Counted from the stretch's first letter, positions 16,280 to 25,889 are shown. The stretch is DNA of 32,000 bases from Pirellula staleyi DSM 6068 (GCA_000025185.1 CP001848.1:1140001-1172000); one strand, 5' to 3'. The notes: generated by a model not told the origin, from the sequence alone. Numbers and translations are program-made.

Positions 16280-18367
16280 TTATGCCGAGGGGTTCGCGTC
16301 GCTCGGTTCTGTCATCGCAGCCGGAGTGACCGAAGGGGCGATGGTCGCTGGCGGACTCCCCGCCGTTTGCACTTCCTGAGGAAGTGGTCCTTCGACATGG
16401 GTGGTGGCCGATTCGAGCATCGTCGGCTGATTGCGCTCGATGTGCAGCGCTTCGACAATCTGCGCCCCGCGCGCAAACTGCGCCAGGAGCGAGGCATATT
16501 CGCCACGCTTGGCCACCAGCTGGTCGTGCGTGCCACGCTCGATGATCTTCCCTTGCTCGAGAACCAGCACCAAGCTGGCATCGCGAATCGTACTCAACCG
16601 ATGCGCGACGACAAAGCTCGTCCGCCCCGCCAGCAGTTTGGCGAGCGAACGCTGAATGCGCAGCTCGGTGAGGGTGTCGATGCTGCTGGTGGCTTCGTCG
16701 AGGATCAAAATGCGAGGCTGAGCCACCATCGCCCGCGCGAAGCAAACAAGTTGACGTTGCCCGAGCGACAGCTGCGCGCCGCGCTCCCCCACCTGCGTAT
16801 CGAGTCCACTGGGGAGCGATTCCATGAGGTCGATGCAATCGAGATCCACGAGCGCCTGTCTGACTTCCTCGTCGGTGGCACTGGGACGACCGAGGCGAAT
16901 GTTTTCGCGGATCGTTCCGGTAAACAAAAAGTTCTGCTGCAGCACGATACCCATCTGATGATGGAGCGAATCGCCGGTGATCTCGCGGGTGCTATGTCCG
17001 TCGAATTTCACGTCGCCTGATTGCGGACGATAGAACCGGGCAATCAAGTTGATGATCGAACTTTTACCACTCCCAGTACGACCGACCAGCGCGATGCTTT
17101 GGCCGGGCTCGGCAGTGAAATCGATATCGTGGAGCACGGGACGGGCGGGGTCGTAACCGAAAGAAACCCCTTGAAATTCGACCTTTCCGGCCAGTGGCGG
17201 AAGGTCGTGAGCATCGGGAGCATCTTCCCATTCGGGTTTTTCGTCGAGCAGGGCAAACACACGCTCGGCACCTGCCATCGCGGTGAGCGCTTGGTTGTAC
17301 TGATTGCCGAGAATCTGAATGGGACTGAAGAAAATGTTCGCCAGGAAGAAGAAGTAAATCAGTTCGCCAGCGGGCTTCGCGATGTCGGGATCGAGCACGC
17401 GATAGCCACCAATCAGCAGCAGCGCGACAATAAAACTTTGGCTACTCAGTTCGAGCAGCGGGAGCAGCCGACCTTCCATGCGCGCTGCTTTCACCACGTT
17501 TTCGCCATGCCAGGCAAGCAAGTCGCGAAACAATTTGGTGTTGAGTTCTTCGCGCACAAAACCTTGTGTCACACGAATGCCGGCTATCGATTCGGCCAAG
17601 GTGGCGGTGAGGCGGCTGAAGCTTTCCTGCACCACCCGATACGCGCCGCTCAGCTGCTTGCGAAAGTATTGATTCACCACCCACAGCACCGGGCTGATCG
17701 CCGCCACCACGCTGAACATCGCCCAGTCGTAGTAGAGCATCACCGAGGCAGCGACCATCATCTGTCCCACACCTACCAGGGTCACAAACAGAACATCTTG
17801 CACACCGACGCGGAGCGCTTCACAGTCGCTAGTGACGCGGCTGATGATGCGGCCAATTTTCGTTTTGCTGAAGAAGCTCATCGGCATCCGCTGCAAGTGC
17901 GCGAAGATCGCATTCCGCAGGTCGTGGATCACCGCTTCGCCCAGCTCGAGCGCTAGCCGTTGCCGAAAATGAAACACCACCTGCGTGCTTCCCGCGAGGA
18001 GCAGCAGCCCCAAGGCGCCTGCAAGAATCGAGGAGAACTCGGCGTGACCTGCGATGGGCCCTTCAATCACCGCGCCAATGGTCCACGCAATCGCGGGGAG
18101 CTGAAACGCGCGTAAGAAAACGCACACAAACAGCACGTTTCGCTTGAAGGCGTAGGGGCGTGTGTACGAGAGCAAACGGGTGATGAGCCGCAGATCGAGC
18201 GGGCGCTTATCGGGCTCGCGATCATCATCGCGACGGGGCGCGGTGATCGACAGTTTCGGAATCGCGCGCTCCGAAGCACTTGCTACAGCAGTTTTCTCAG
18301 GGGTTCCCTTCGAACTGGCCGGGAGCTCGGAACTGGCAATCGTGTTTGACGTCGTCCCTGGTCCCAT
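16280..18367 (-). CDS. ABC transporter, fused permease/ATPase (type I exporter, MsbA-like)
   Basis: A six-TM N-terminal half is followed by Walker A (GRTGSGKSS), the signature LSLGQRQ and Walker B (ILILDEATS). I take the ATG at 18367; the track's TTG at 18484 is less likely. The C-terminal tail is Pro/Ala-rich. Confidence 0.8.
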   Translation of the reverse strand: MGPGTTSNTIASSELPASSKGTPEKTAVASASERAIPKLSITAPRRDDDREPDKRPLDLRLITRLLSYTRPYAFKRNVLFVCVFLRAFQLPAIAWTIGAVIEGPIAGHAEFSSILAGALGLLLLAGSTQVVFHFRQRLALELGEAVIHDLRNAIFAHLQRMPMSFFSKTKIGRIISRVTSDCEALRVGVQDVLFVTLVGVGQMMVAASVMLYYDWAMFSVVAAISPVLWVVNQYFRKQLSGAYRVVQESFSRLTATLAESIAGIRVTQGFVREELNTKLFRDLLAWHGENVVKAARMEGRLLPLLELSSQSFIVALLLIGGYRVLDPDIAKPAGELIYFFFLANIFFSPIQILGNQYNQALTAMAGAERVFALLDEKPEWEDAPDAHDLPPLAGKVEFQGVSFGYDPARPVLHDIDFTAEPGQSIALVGRTGSGKSSIINLIARFYRPQSGDVKFDGHSTREITGDSLHHQMGIVLQQNFLFTGTIRENIRLGRPSATDEEVRQALVDLDCIDLMESLPSGLDTQVGERGAQLSLGQRQLVCFARAMVAQPRILILDEATSSIDTLTELRIQRSLAKLLAGRTSFVVAHRLSTIRDASLVLVLEQGKIIERGTHDQLVAKRGEYASLLAQFARGAQIVEALHIERNQPTMLESATTHVEGPLPQEVQTAGSPPATIAPSVTPAAMTEPSDANPSA

Positions 18368-18591
18368 GGAAGTTCGGAAGCATTGTCCGACATTCGAGAA
18401 GGTTGGCACTGGCAAGAGCGGGCACTCGCCTGAAGCGACACGTCCGTCGTCGCCTCGGTTCACACAAAATAGTGCCGATGCCAAAGCAGCAAAGTGCTGA
18501 AATCACTTGCTTTAAGATAATCCCCGTACCCATCTTTCGGCAGCGGGGAAACGCACTTTGGCGAAGAAATTCTGGCTGAAATCGCCAGGCG

Positions 18592-19044
18592 TTAAGCCGT
18601 TACGGGCTGACGCAGCGTGTCGAGCACTGCGGATTGCCAGCGGCGAATGCGCGAGCAAACCATCGTGATCACCGACACCAAGTCTTCGCGATCGATCGGC
18701 TTCAGCAGGTAGTCGCTGGCCCCAAATTCGACCGCTTCGGCGATGCGATCCCAAGTGCTATGTCCGGTCAGGAACACCACTTGTGTCCAGGCGTTCTGCC
18801 CCTTGGCAAATCGCAGCATCTCCAGACCGTCGATCCCCGGCATCTCGATATCCGAGATGAGCAGATCACAGCAGTGACGCTGAATCCACTTTTGAGCCTC
18901 GGCTGGGTTATTGAGCGTGGTGATGACCACATCGTCGGGGAGAGCCGAGCTGAGGTAACTCGACACCAGACGGGTGATCGAAGGGTCGTCGTCCACAACG
19001 AGAAGATTCAACTTACGATGGCTACTCATCAGACTGGCTCTCAT
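18592..19044 (-). CDS. Single-domain response regulator (CheY-like receiver)
   Basis: It has the acidic pocket VVDDD, the phospho-acceptor context LLISDIEMPGIDG and the conserved Lys in YLLKP, with no output domain. The start is ambiguous (ATG at 19071, 19044 or 19029). Confidence 0.75.
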   Translation of the reverse strand: MRASLMSSHRKLNLLVVDDDPSITRLVSSYLSSALPDDVVITTLNNPAEAQKWIQRHCCDLLISDIEMPGIDGLEMLRFAKGQNAWTQVVFLTGHSTWDRIAEAVEFGASDYLLKPIDREDLVSVITMVCSRIRRWQSAVLDTLRQPVTA

Positions 19045-19388
19045 GGTGCGGGTGGTGCGGCGTCGTGGCACTCCGAGAGGAGATTGCCAGCGATTGCGAC
19101 AGAAAAACTTACTCCAAGAAAGTTCATGGCGTCTGACCTGCCGCCACCGATTGTCGTCTCCACACTTTCCCGGCGCTGCCGCAGGCGAAAGTCGGGGCCA
19201 CTACAATCAGCACGTAAGCCAATGCCATTAAATGACTTAGCGGCGACACTAGCCCCAACAAATCGACCTGGGAGTTTTTGCCAGATTTCTCTACAATCTT
19301 GCCCTGGGTAGGACTGCGCGCAGCAGGATGCAGGCGTTGCCACTACCATCCTGAGCTATGAGCAACACATCCCACGGAGGGGATTTCG

Positions 19389-22300
19389 ATGACAACCTAC
19401 GCCGCAAAAACAACTTCAGCGCCGGCCGGGCGCGCTGATTTTTTGGCGATGTGCGTCTCGCTTTTGCTCTGGGGTGGGCTTGCCGCCGAGCTCTTGGCCG
19501 GGCCACCGATCGACGATCCGCTGAGCAGTTTTCCAGCCACTCTGCTCTCCGATAGCCAGCTCAGCTCGATCCATTTTGCCGATCACGATCACGGCTGGGC
19601 GGTGGGAGATCGCGGCGTGATTCTTGCCACCACCAATGGTGGCCGAACCTGGCAGCGTCAAAACAGCCCGGTCGCTTGTCGTCTGGCGGCGGTGCAGTTC
19701 CTTTCCCCTCAGGTCGGCTTTGCCGTGGGGGGCTGGACCCATCCTTACACCCATCACACCAGCGGCGTGGTTTTGAGCACGCGCGATGGTGGCTTTAGCT
19801 GGCGCGTGATGCCGGGGCTTGTTCTCCCCCGACTCTCCGGTCTGCGAATGACTTCAACTCAAGAGGGGCTTGCGTTTGGCGAGTCGAGTTCGCTCTTCCC
19901 TTCCGGCGTCTTTCGTACGAGTGATGGTGGCAAGTCGTGGCACCCGGTCTCGAAAAATGTAATGCCGGGCTGGGTGGCAGGCGATATGCGCAGCGATGGA
20001 AGTGGCGTGCTGGTGGACCATCACGGCACCGTCAAACTGCTGGCTGCTCAAGAGATCCGCGACAGCCGATCGCCATCGATTGGCAAACGGTCGCTCCACC
20101 AACTCAAGCTGATGGAGGATGGCAAAGGTTGGCTCGTCGGCAGCGCGGGGCTCGCCCTCACCACCACCGACGGCGGCATCAGCTGGACTCTACCGTCGCG
20201 CTCGCTCCCTGAAATTGCCGCGAGCGATTTCGACTTGCACTGCGTGGCGACCTATCAAAACCATGTGTGGATTGCTGGCAACCCGGGGACTTCGATCTTC
20301 TATTCGCACGATGGTGGGGGATCGTGGCAAACGTTTCGCACGTCGAGTCACGTGCCGATTCAGAGTCTGTTTTTCCTCGACCAGCAGCGAGGCTGGGCAG
20401 CAGGGGCGATGGGAACCATCCTGGCCACGCGCGATGGTGGCCGCACTTGGCGCGTGCAGAACTCGGGTGGGAAAGAGGCCGCGATGCTGGCGATTTTTAG
20501 CGAACCAAGTCGCGTTCCCTGGGAAGTGATTGCGCGCGATAGTTATGGCGATGGCTATCTGGCGCACGTGGAAATTTTGGGGCGACGTGAAACCGCTTCC
20601 GGCGCACAGGCCGATCCATCGATCGCGTTTCGCACCCACGAAGCGGCCCTTGCAGTGGGTGGCTGTGGCGCGACAACCGCCTGGCAATTTCCGCTTCGGA
20701 GCGAGGGGCTGAGTGAAACCGCCGAATCGATTTTTGCTTACTGGAATCGGTCGCTCGACGGCCGCGCAAAAGAGAAGATCGAGCAGCATTTGGTGCGGCA
20801 AATTCGAACCTGGCGACCTTCGGTCATTCTGACCGACGACGTCAGTCCACTCGGCACCGATCCGCTCGCGCACCTAACCAATCAGCTTGTGCTCACCGCT
20901 GTTGAAAAAGCAGCTGACGCCACAGCCTATCCCGATCAACTCGCCAGTGGCGGGCTCGAAGTGTGGCAAGCGCGCAAGGTTTTAGCCGTGCAGCATCACG
21001 GGCGACAAGGGAGCCTCAACGTCGTTCCCGCGCAGTGGGCACCGCGACTCGGCGGCGCTGTTTCCGACATCGCCTCGCGGGCCAAAGCGCTGCTCGAACA
21101 CGAGGTCACCTCCTCTCCCACCAACATTCCGCTGGCGATACTGATCGACCATCTGCCGCAAGGGACAGGTCGTCGCGATGTGTTTAGCGGCCTCGCCCTC
21201 ACCCCCGGCGGAAGTGCGCGACGCATGCTGCACGAAGCACCAGCGGGCGATCTGGCGAGCTTGAGCAAAGCGGCTCAGAAACGACACAACGTGCAGCAAC
21301 TGCTGGCGCGGATCGACAAAAACAATCCGACCGGCGCAGGGTGGATGGGGCAAATCGATGATCTGACGCGCGACCTGCCAGCGCGTAACGGCGGCGAAAT
21401 TTTGTTCCAGCTCGCCACGCGCTATCAGCAGAGTGGTCAGTCGGAGCAAGCTGCCGAGGTGATGCAGCAACTCGTCGATCGCTATCCGCAACATCCGCTC
21501 GCCGATTCAGCCGCCATTTGGCTCCTCAAGTATCTGGCGAGTGGCGAGGAGTCGCATCGTACGCGCAGCGAAACGCGCTATACCGTGCAACTGGCAACCG
21601 CGGTTCGTCCTGACGAAAAAGAAATCGACGACAATCCCAACCTAGCCCCGAGCGAGACCAACACCAAACAAGTGCAAAACGTGCTCGATCAGCGGATCGA
21701 CACCACGTTCACCGGCGCTGCTCGCACCACCACCGCAGCGCCGCAAGTGTCGGCCAGCGAGCGCGCCAGCCGCGCTATCAATTTGGCTCGGCAAATCGAG
21801 CGGGCTCGCCCCACGCTCTATGCCGATCCTGCGTTTCGCTTTCCTCTGGCAGTTCTCTTCCGGGCCGCTGGTCAGCCGCGCCAGTCGGAAAAATGGATCG
21901 GCGCAATCGCTGCCTCTTCCACCACCGATCCGTGGGCCCTGCAAGCACAGAACGAGCTTTGGCTCGCCCATGGACAAGGTCAGCCTCCGAAGCGACTGGC
22001 GAGTTGCACGTTCGCCCCTGCCCCTCCAAAACTCGATGGCCGCCTCGACGATCTCGTCTGGACCACAGCCCGGCCCATCTCGCTCGTCGATCCTGCTGGA
22101 AGTCGCGAGCAATTGCCGGCTGCTGTTGTCGTCGTGACCTACGATCGCGAGTTCCTGTATCTTGCCGCGAGTGTGCAAAAGCATGCCGCGCAGGCTTATC
22201 CAGTCGACGATGCGCCGCGCACCTACGATGCCGATCTCGCCAAGTTCGATCGCCTGCAGATTGCCCTCGATCTCGACCGCGACTATCAAAGTTTCTATCA

Positions 22301-22577
22301 AATCGACGTCGATTCCCGTGGTTTTACGAGCGATCAGTCGCTCGGCGATAAGACCTGGAATCCGCAGTACTACGTTGCTCGGGGTGGCGACGATGCCTGG
22401 TGGACCATCGAGATGGCGATCCCTTTTGCCGAGCTCAGCAGTCAGCCAGCGCAGTCGAAAGATGCATGGGGCATCGCTGTGATGCGCGTGCTCCCGACAG
22501 TCGGCGTGCAAGCGATCACCCCTCCGGAAAGTGCTACCCTTCGTCCCGAAGGGCTCGGTCTGCTACTCTTTGATTGA
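19389..22577 (+). CDS. Large secreted or anchored multidomain protein: BNR/Ycf48-like propeller, degenerate LmbE-like region, TPR-like segment, CBM9-like C-domain
   Basis: GGAGG lies 9 nt upstream of the ATG, and the N-terminus is a hydrophobic anchor. There are six Asp-box repeats (TTNGGRTW, TRDGGFSW, TSDGGKSW, TTDGGISW, SHDGGGSW, TRDGGRTW). The C-terminal KLDGRLDD..W...YDREFLYLAA...WTIEMAIPFAEL resembles the carbohydrate-binding family 9 pattern. Confidence 0.75.
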   Translation: MTTYAAKTTSAPAGRADFLAMCVSLLLWGGLAAELLAGPPIDDPLSSFPATLLSDSQLSSIHFADHDHGWAVGDRGVILATTNGGRTWQRQNSPVACRLAAVQFLSPQVGFAVGGWTHPYTHHTSGVVLSTRDGGFSWRVMPGLVLPRLSGLRMTSTQEGLAFGESSSLFPSGVFRTSDGGKSWHPVSKNVMPGWVAGDMRSDGSGVLVDHHGTVKLLAAQEIRDSRSPSIGKRSLHQLKLMEDGKGWLVGSAGLALTTTDGGISWTLPSRSLPEIAASDFDLHCVATYQNHVWIAGNPGTSIFYSHDGGGSWQTFRTSSHVPIQSLFFLDQQRGWAAGAMGTILATRDGGRTWRVQNSGGKEAAMLAIFSEPSRVPWEVIARDSYGDGYLAHVEILGRRETASGAQADPSIAFRTHEAALAVGGCGATTAWQFPLRSEGLSETAESIFAYWNRSLDGRAKEKIEQHLVRQIRTWRPSVILTDDVSPLGTDPLAHLTNQLVLTAVEKAADATAYPDQLASGGLEVWQARKVLAVQHHGRQGSLNVVPAQWAPRLGGAVSDIASRAKALLEHEVTSSPTNIPLAILIDHLPQGTGRRDVFSGLALTPGGSARRMLHEAPAGDLASLSKAAQKRHNVQQLLARIDKNNPTGAGWMGQIDDLTRDLPARNGGEILFQLATRYQQSGQSEQAAEVMQQLVDRYPQHPLADSAAIWLLKYLASGEESHRTRSETRYTVQLATAVRPDEKEIDDNPNLAPSETNTKQVQNVLDQRIDTTFTGAARTTTAAPQVSASERASRAINLARQIERARPTLYADPAFRFPLAVLFRAAGQPRQSEKWIGAIAASSTTDPWALQAQNELWLAHGQGQPPKRLASCTFAPAPPKLDGRLDDLVWTTARPISLVDPAGSREQLPAAVVVVTYDREFLYLAASVQKHAAQAYPVDDAPRTYDADLAKFDRLQIALDLDRDYQSFYQIDVDSRGFTSDQSLGDKTWNPQYYVARGGDDAWWTIEMAIPFAELSSQPAQSKDAWGIAVMRVLPTVGVQAITPPESATLRPEGLGLLLFD

Positions 22578-23560
22578 TGCACTACGTACTCGGAACTGAC
22601 GAAGCTGGTTACGGCCCGACGCTCGGCCCTTTGCTCGTGGGAAGTTCGCTGTGGCAATTGCCCGACGAGCTTCCCGCCACCCTGCTCGCCACAAAGCTGG
22701 CGCAGCATGTGGTGATGTCGCGCGAGGCGCTCACCGAAGCCAAACAACGGGGAGGAACCGTCGCGCCACTTCTGCTGGCCGATTCGAAGGTGGTCTACTC
22801 CCCCGCGCGCGGTCTGGTCGATCTCGAACTGGCGATCCTGGCCCTCGCTGCTCTGCAGCATCCAGTCCCACAAACGTGGCACGCGCTTTGGAGCACCTTC
22901 GCGCCGCAAGCGCTTCCCCCTGCCGATTTGCCGTGGCATCAAGCGCTCGAGCTAGCGCTGCCGATCGCGAGCGCGCTGCCAGCCATCGAGCGCACCGCAA
23001 GCGAGCTGCGGCTGACATTTCGTGAAACAGGCATTCGCCTCTTCACTCCCCGCGCACGTGCCGTTTTCCCTGGGGAATTCAACGATTTAGTGACGCGCTA
23101 TGGCAACAAAGCGTCGCTGCTGTCGACCGTCACGCTCGAACTGGCGCGCAGCTGGCTCGATGAAGTCCCCCCGGCTCCTGCCACCATTTTTTGCGACAAA
23201 CATGGAGGGCGATCGTCGTATGCCGCGCTACTGCAGCAGCTGTTCGACGTTGGGCTGGTCCGTACGCTTCACGAAGGTCGCGCCGAGAGCAGGTACCAAA
23301 TTACGTACCGCGATCAGCCGATCGAACTTGTGTTTCTTGCTAAGGGGGAATCGCAGCTGCCGACAGCGGTCGCATCGATGCTCGCCAAATATCTGCGCGA
23401 AGTGGCGATGATTCCCCTGAACCGATATTGGCAGGCGCTGGTGCCGGGTCTTCGCGAAACCGCTGGCTACCCCGAAGATGCCAAGCGTTTTCTCGCCGCG
23501 ATCGAACCCGAGCGTAAAAAACTCAGGCTCGCCGATCATGGCTTCATTCGGTCGCGCTAA
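22577..23560 (+). CDS. Divergent, elongated RNase HII-like protein
   Basis: The ATG at 22577 overlaps the upstream stop by 1 nt (tTGATGc). RNase HII motifs appear in order: GTDEAGYGPTLGPLLV, ADSK, AKGES..PTAVASMLAKYLRE and TAGYPEDAKRFL. The spacing between the second and third motifs is far longer than in canonical enzymes of about 200 aa. Confidence 0.6.
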   Translation: MHYVLGTDEAGYGPTLGPLLVGSSLWQLPDELPATLLATKLAQHVVMSREALTEAKQRGGTVAPLLLADSKVVYSPARGLVDLELAILALAALQHPVPQTWHALWSTFAPQALPPADLPWHQALELALPIASALPAIERTASELRLTFRETGIRLFTPRARAVFPGEFNDLVTRYGNKASLLSTVTLELARSWLDEVPPAPATIFCDKHGGRSSYAALLQQLFDVGLVRTLHEGRAESRYQITYRDQPIELVFLAKGESQLPTAVASMLAKYLREVAMIPLNRYWQALVPGLRETAGYPEDAKRFLAAIEPERKKLRLADHGFIRSR

Positions 23561-23572
23561 AACGCCCGTGCG

Positions 23573-23863
23573 TTACGACTGCGATTCTTCGTAGCTCGGT
23601 GGAGCGGTCGGCGGCTCGAACTTCGGCGCCGAGACTTCGTCGCGCTCTTCGTTGTCGTAGTTTCGTTTGGCCGGTTTGCTGCGAACCGGTGTCGAGTTAT
23701 ACGTTTCCGTAAAATCGACTTGGCCTTGAATGTCCGACAAGCCTTTGCGGAATTCGCGATAGCTCTTGCCAAACTTCTTCGCCACTTCCGGCAAATTCTT
23801 GCCAAACAGCATGATGGCGATGATGCCGAAGATGATCAGTTCCGATGGTCCTAGGCCAAACAT
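23573..23863 (-). CDS. tatA: Twin-arginine translocase subunit TatA/E
   Basis: MFGLGPSELIIFGIIAIMLFGKNLPEVAKKFGKSYREFRKG has the TatA TM helix, hinge and amphipathic helix pattern. Confidence 0.8.
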   Translation of the reverse strand: MFGLGPSELIIFGIIAIMLFGKNLPEVAKKFGKSYREFRKGLSDIQGQVDFTETYNSTPVRSKPAKRNYDNEERDEVSAPKFEPPTAPPSYEESQS

Positions 23864-24076
23864 CGTGATTCTCGTCGTCCGGTGGGATGGTAGTCAGGAA
23901 GGTTCCGGCGGTGCGCGAGATCGAAATCCGATGGACTCGCGCGAAGGACGATTCAGCTCACAAGCTCCACGGGCCCGCTTTGTGGCTCAGCAGGCGGCTG
24001 CACGCTTTTCAAAAAGCGGTCAGCAAAAACCGTCGCCCGCAGCACAGCAGTAGCTGGCCCCGCGAGGGTGAGTGAA

Positions 24077-24298
24077 TTACGAGTCGCTCTTCTTGCTCGT
24101 CGTGTCGGCTGGAGCGGGCTCGTCTTCTTCGGTCGAGTTAATTCCCTTTTTGAAGTCCTTAATTCCCTTGCCGAGGGAGAACATCATGGTGGGGAGTCGG
24201 TGACCGAACAGAATCAGAATGATCACCCCGACGACGATCAGTTCGAACTGACCGATGCCGAAAATTCCAAACAGCTGAAGATGGTTGGCCTGAAACAT
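24077..24298 (-). CDS. tatA: Twin-arginine translocase subunit TatA/E, second paralog
   Basis: GIGQFELIVVGVIILILFGHRLPTMMFSLGKGIKDFKKG follows the TatA pattern. The C-terminal tail is acidic. Confidence 0.75.
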   Translation of the reverse strand: MFQANHLQLFGIFGIGQFELIVVGVIILILFGHRLPTMMFSLGKGIKDFKKGINSTEEDEPAPADTTSKKSDS

Positions 24299-24599
24299 AC
24301 ATATCGCTTTCGCACGAAGGTGGGATAAACGTCATCGCGAGACGGTCAGGGGCGAAAGCGGATGCTCACCCCCGCATCGCGCCGGGCGCAACATGGGGTG
24401 GATCAGAACCAGCCTGAACAGAGGCCCGCGCGATTCCCCGCGCGAGCGCACATCTCTCGGAACATCTTTAATGGTAACTAGAACCCCGCAGCGGGTCAAA
24501 TGGGAAAAGGATTGGGGCAGAAGTTAGCTGCGGGAGGCTTGGGACTCGAGAGGGAATCACTGGTACCTCTGCTCGACTCACCACCTTACCCCCACTTCA

Positions 24600-24628
24600 T
24601 TGACGCCACCGCAGCACTCCACCATAGT
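24600..24628 (+). promoter_or_regulatory. Candidate sigma70-type promoter upstream of the small ORF and scpA
   Basis: The plus strand reads TTGACG (24600-24605), a 17-nt spacer, then CATAGT (24623-24628). It is a pattern match only. Confidence 0.25.
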
Positions 24629-24690
24629 GAGGGAGAACAGCGCCGAGCAATTGTCGCTACCTCAACCCCGTTTTCACCGCAGTGAACACC

Positions 24691-24867
24691 ATGGACAAAG
24701 TGACCCGCTTCGAGTGGCACGGCAACGTCTGGATTCTGACAATCCTAACGCTGCTGGTGATCACGATCCCCTTGGCGGTCATCTATTTCATCATCAATCT
24801 GCTGGTGATCCAAACCGAAGTGACGAGCGCCGAGGAACTCTCTCAAAGCTTGCTCAAGCGGCGGTGA
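24691..24867 (+). CDS. Small membrane protein (58 aa), hypothetical
   Basis: The ATG is at 24691; the track starts at a GTG at 24682. It has one strong TM segment (VWILTILTLLVITIPLAVIYFIINLLVI) and host-like GC3-rich codons, and lies upstream of scpA. Confidence 0.4.
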   Translation: MDKVTRFEWHGNVWILTILTLLVITIPLAVIYFIINLLVIQTEVTSAEELSQSLLKRR

Positions 24868-25000
24868 AAACTTCCAGCCCTCCCCTCTAGATCCTAGCCC
24901 CTTCCTCCCCCACTTTCCCCTCGCCAGCAGCGGCGACTTTCACTAAGCTCGATCCTGGCCCGTTATTACCAACACCCTTCCTGCTAGCAGAAAGATCGCG

Positions 25001-25801
25001 ATGGATTTTCGAGTACAGCTCGACAGCTTTCGCGGTCCGCTCGACCTGCTGCTTTATCTGGTTCGTAAAAACGAGCTCGATGTCGCCGATCTGCCGATCG
25101 CCAAGGTGACCGAACAGTACCTTGCGCATCTCGAGATTCTCGAGCAGCTCGACGTCAATTCGGTCGCCGATTTTCTCGATCTGGCGAGCAATCTGCTCGA
25201 GATCAAATCGCGGCTGGTGCTCCCCGCTGCGGGCGAAGAAGAAGCGGCCTGGGAAGATCCGCGCGACGAATTGGTGATGCGGCTGCTCGAATACCGGCGC
25301 TACAAAGAAGCGGCCAGCATGCTCGAAGAGCGTGGTCGCGACTGGCAGCAGCACTACGGACGTTTGACGAGCGACCTTCCCCCGCGACAAGTCGACCCAG
25401 CGGGTCAGCCGATCCAGGAGGTCGAGCTGTGGGATCTCGTTTCAGCGATGGGTCGCATCTTGCGCGACAACACGGTGAAAAAGTCGACGCAAATCGTGTA
25501 CGACGACACGCCGATTCAGGTCTACATGCAGCGGATTCACTCGCAACTCACAAGCGCCCAAAAAGCTTCGTTTTCCGAGATGTTTCAGCCCGGCATGCAC
25601 AAATCGGCGATGATCGGTGTGTTTCTGGCGATCCTCGAGCTCTGCCGCCATCACAGCGTGCGTGCCGAACAAAACGATCTGCATGGCGAGATTTGGATCG
25701 TCCCTGGCGAGTCGTTCAATCCCACCCAAGAGATCGCCACCGCCGACGACTACAACACCCGCCGCCCCAGCACCGAAGACATGCCCCACAACATGCGGTA
25801 G
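25001..25801 (+). CDS. scpA: Segregation and condensation protein A
   Basis: The N-terminal FRVQLDSFRGPLDLLLYLVRKNELDVADLPIAKVTEQYLAHL is the characteristic ScpA motif. Length is 266 aa. Confidence 0.85.
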   Translation: MDFRVQLDSFRGPLDLLLYLVRKNELDVADLPIAKVTEQYLAHLEILEQLDVNSVADFLDLASNLLEIKSRLVLPAAGEEEAAWEDPRDELVMRLLEYRRYKEAASMLEERGRDWQQHYGRLTSDLPPRQVDPAGQPIQEVELWDLVSAMGRILRDNTVKKSTQIVYDDTPIQVYMQRIHSQLTSAQKASFSEMFQPGMHKSAMIGVFLAILELCRHHSVRAEQNDLHGEIWIVPGESFNPTQEIATADDYNTRRPSTEDMPHNMR

Positions 25802-25826
25802 GTGGCTGACCATTCAATTTGCGGAC

Positions 25827-25864
25827 GGGTGGCGGGGGCGCTCTGCGCGAGCAGTAGCCCCCGA
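25827..25864. repeat. Left inverted repeat / REP-like hairpin
   Basis: The sequence is gggtggcgggggcgctc + 13 variable nt + gcccccga. Internally, gggggc (25834-25839) can pair with gccccc (25857-25862). Confidence 0.7.
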
Positions 25865-25889
25865 TCATGTTCAGCCAGCGCCACACATT

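Noticed and set aside
16185-16838. An N-terminal extension of the dGTPase-like ORF (the track gives 595 aa).
   Set aside because: The extension overlaps the 3' end of the ABC transporter gene in another frame and is Arg/Ala-rich with no homology. The dGTPase family N-terminus begins at MTNSLLQS (ATG at 16184).
20797-20816. GGTTCGAAT (on the reverse strand), resembling a tRNA T-loop.
   Set aside because: It lies inside the 1062-aa CDS. The flanking bases do not form a T-stem, and no acceptor or anticodon arms are present.
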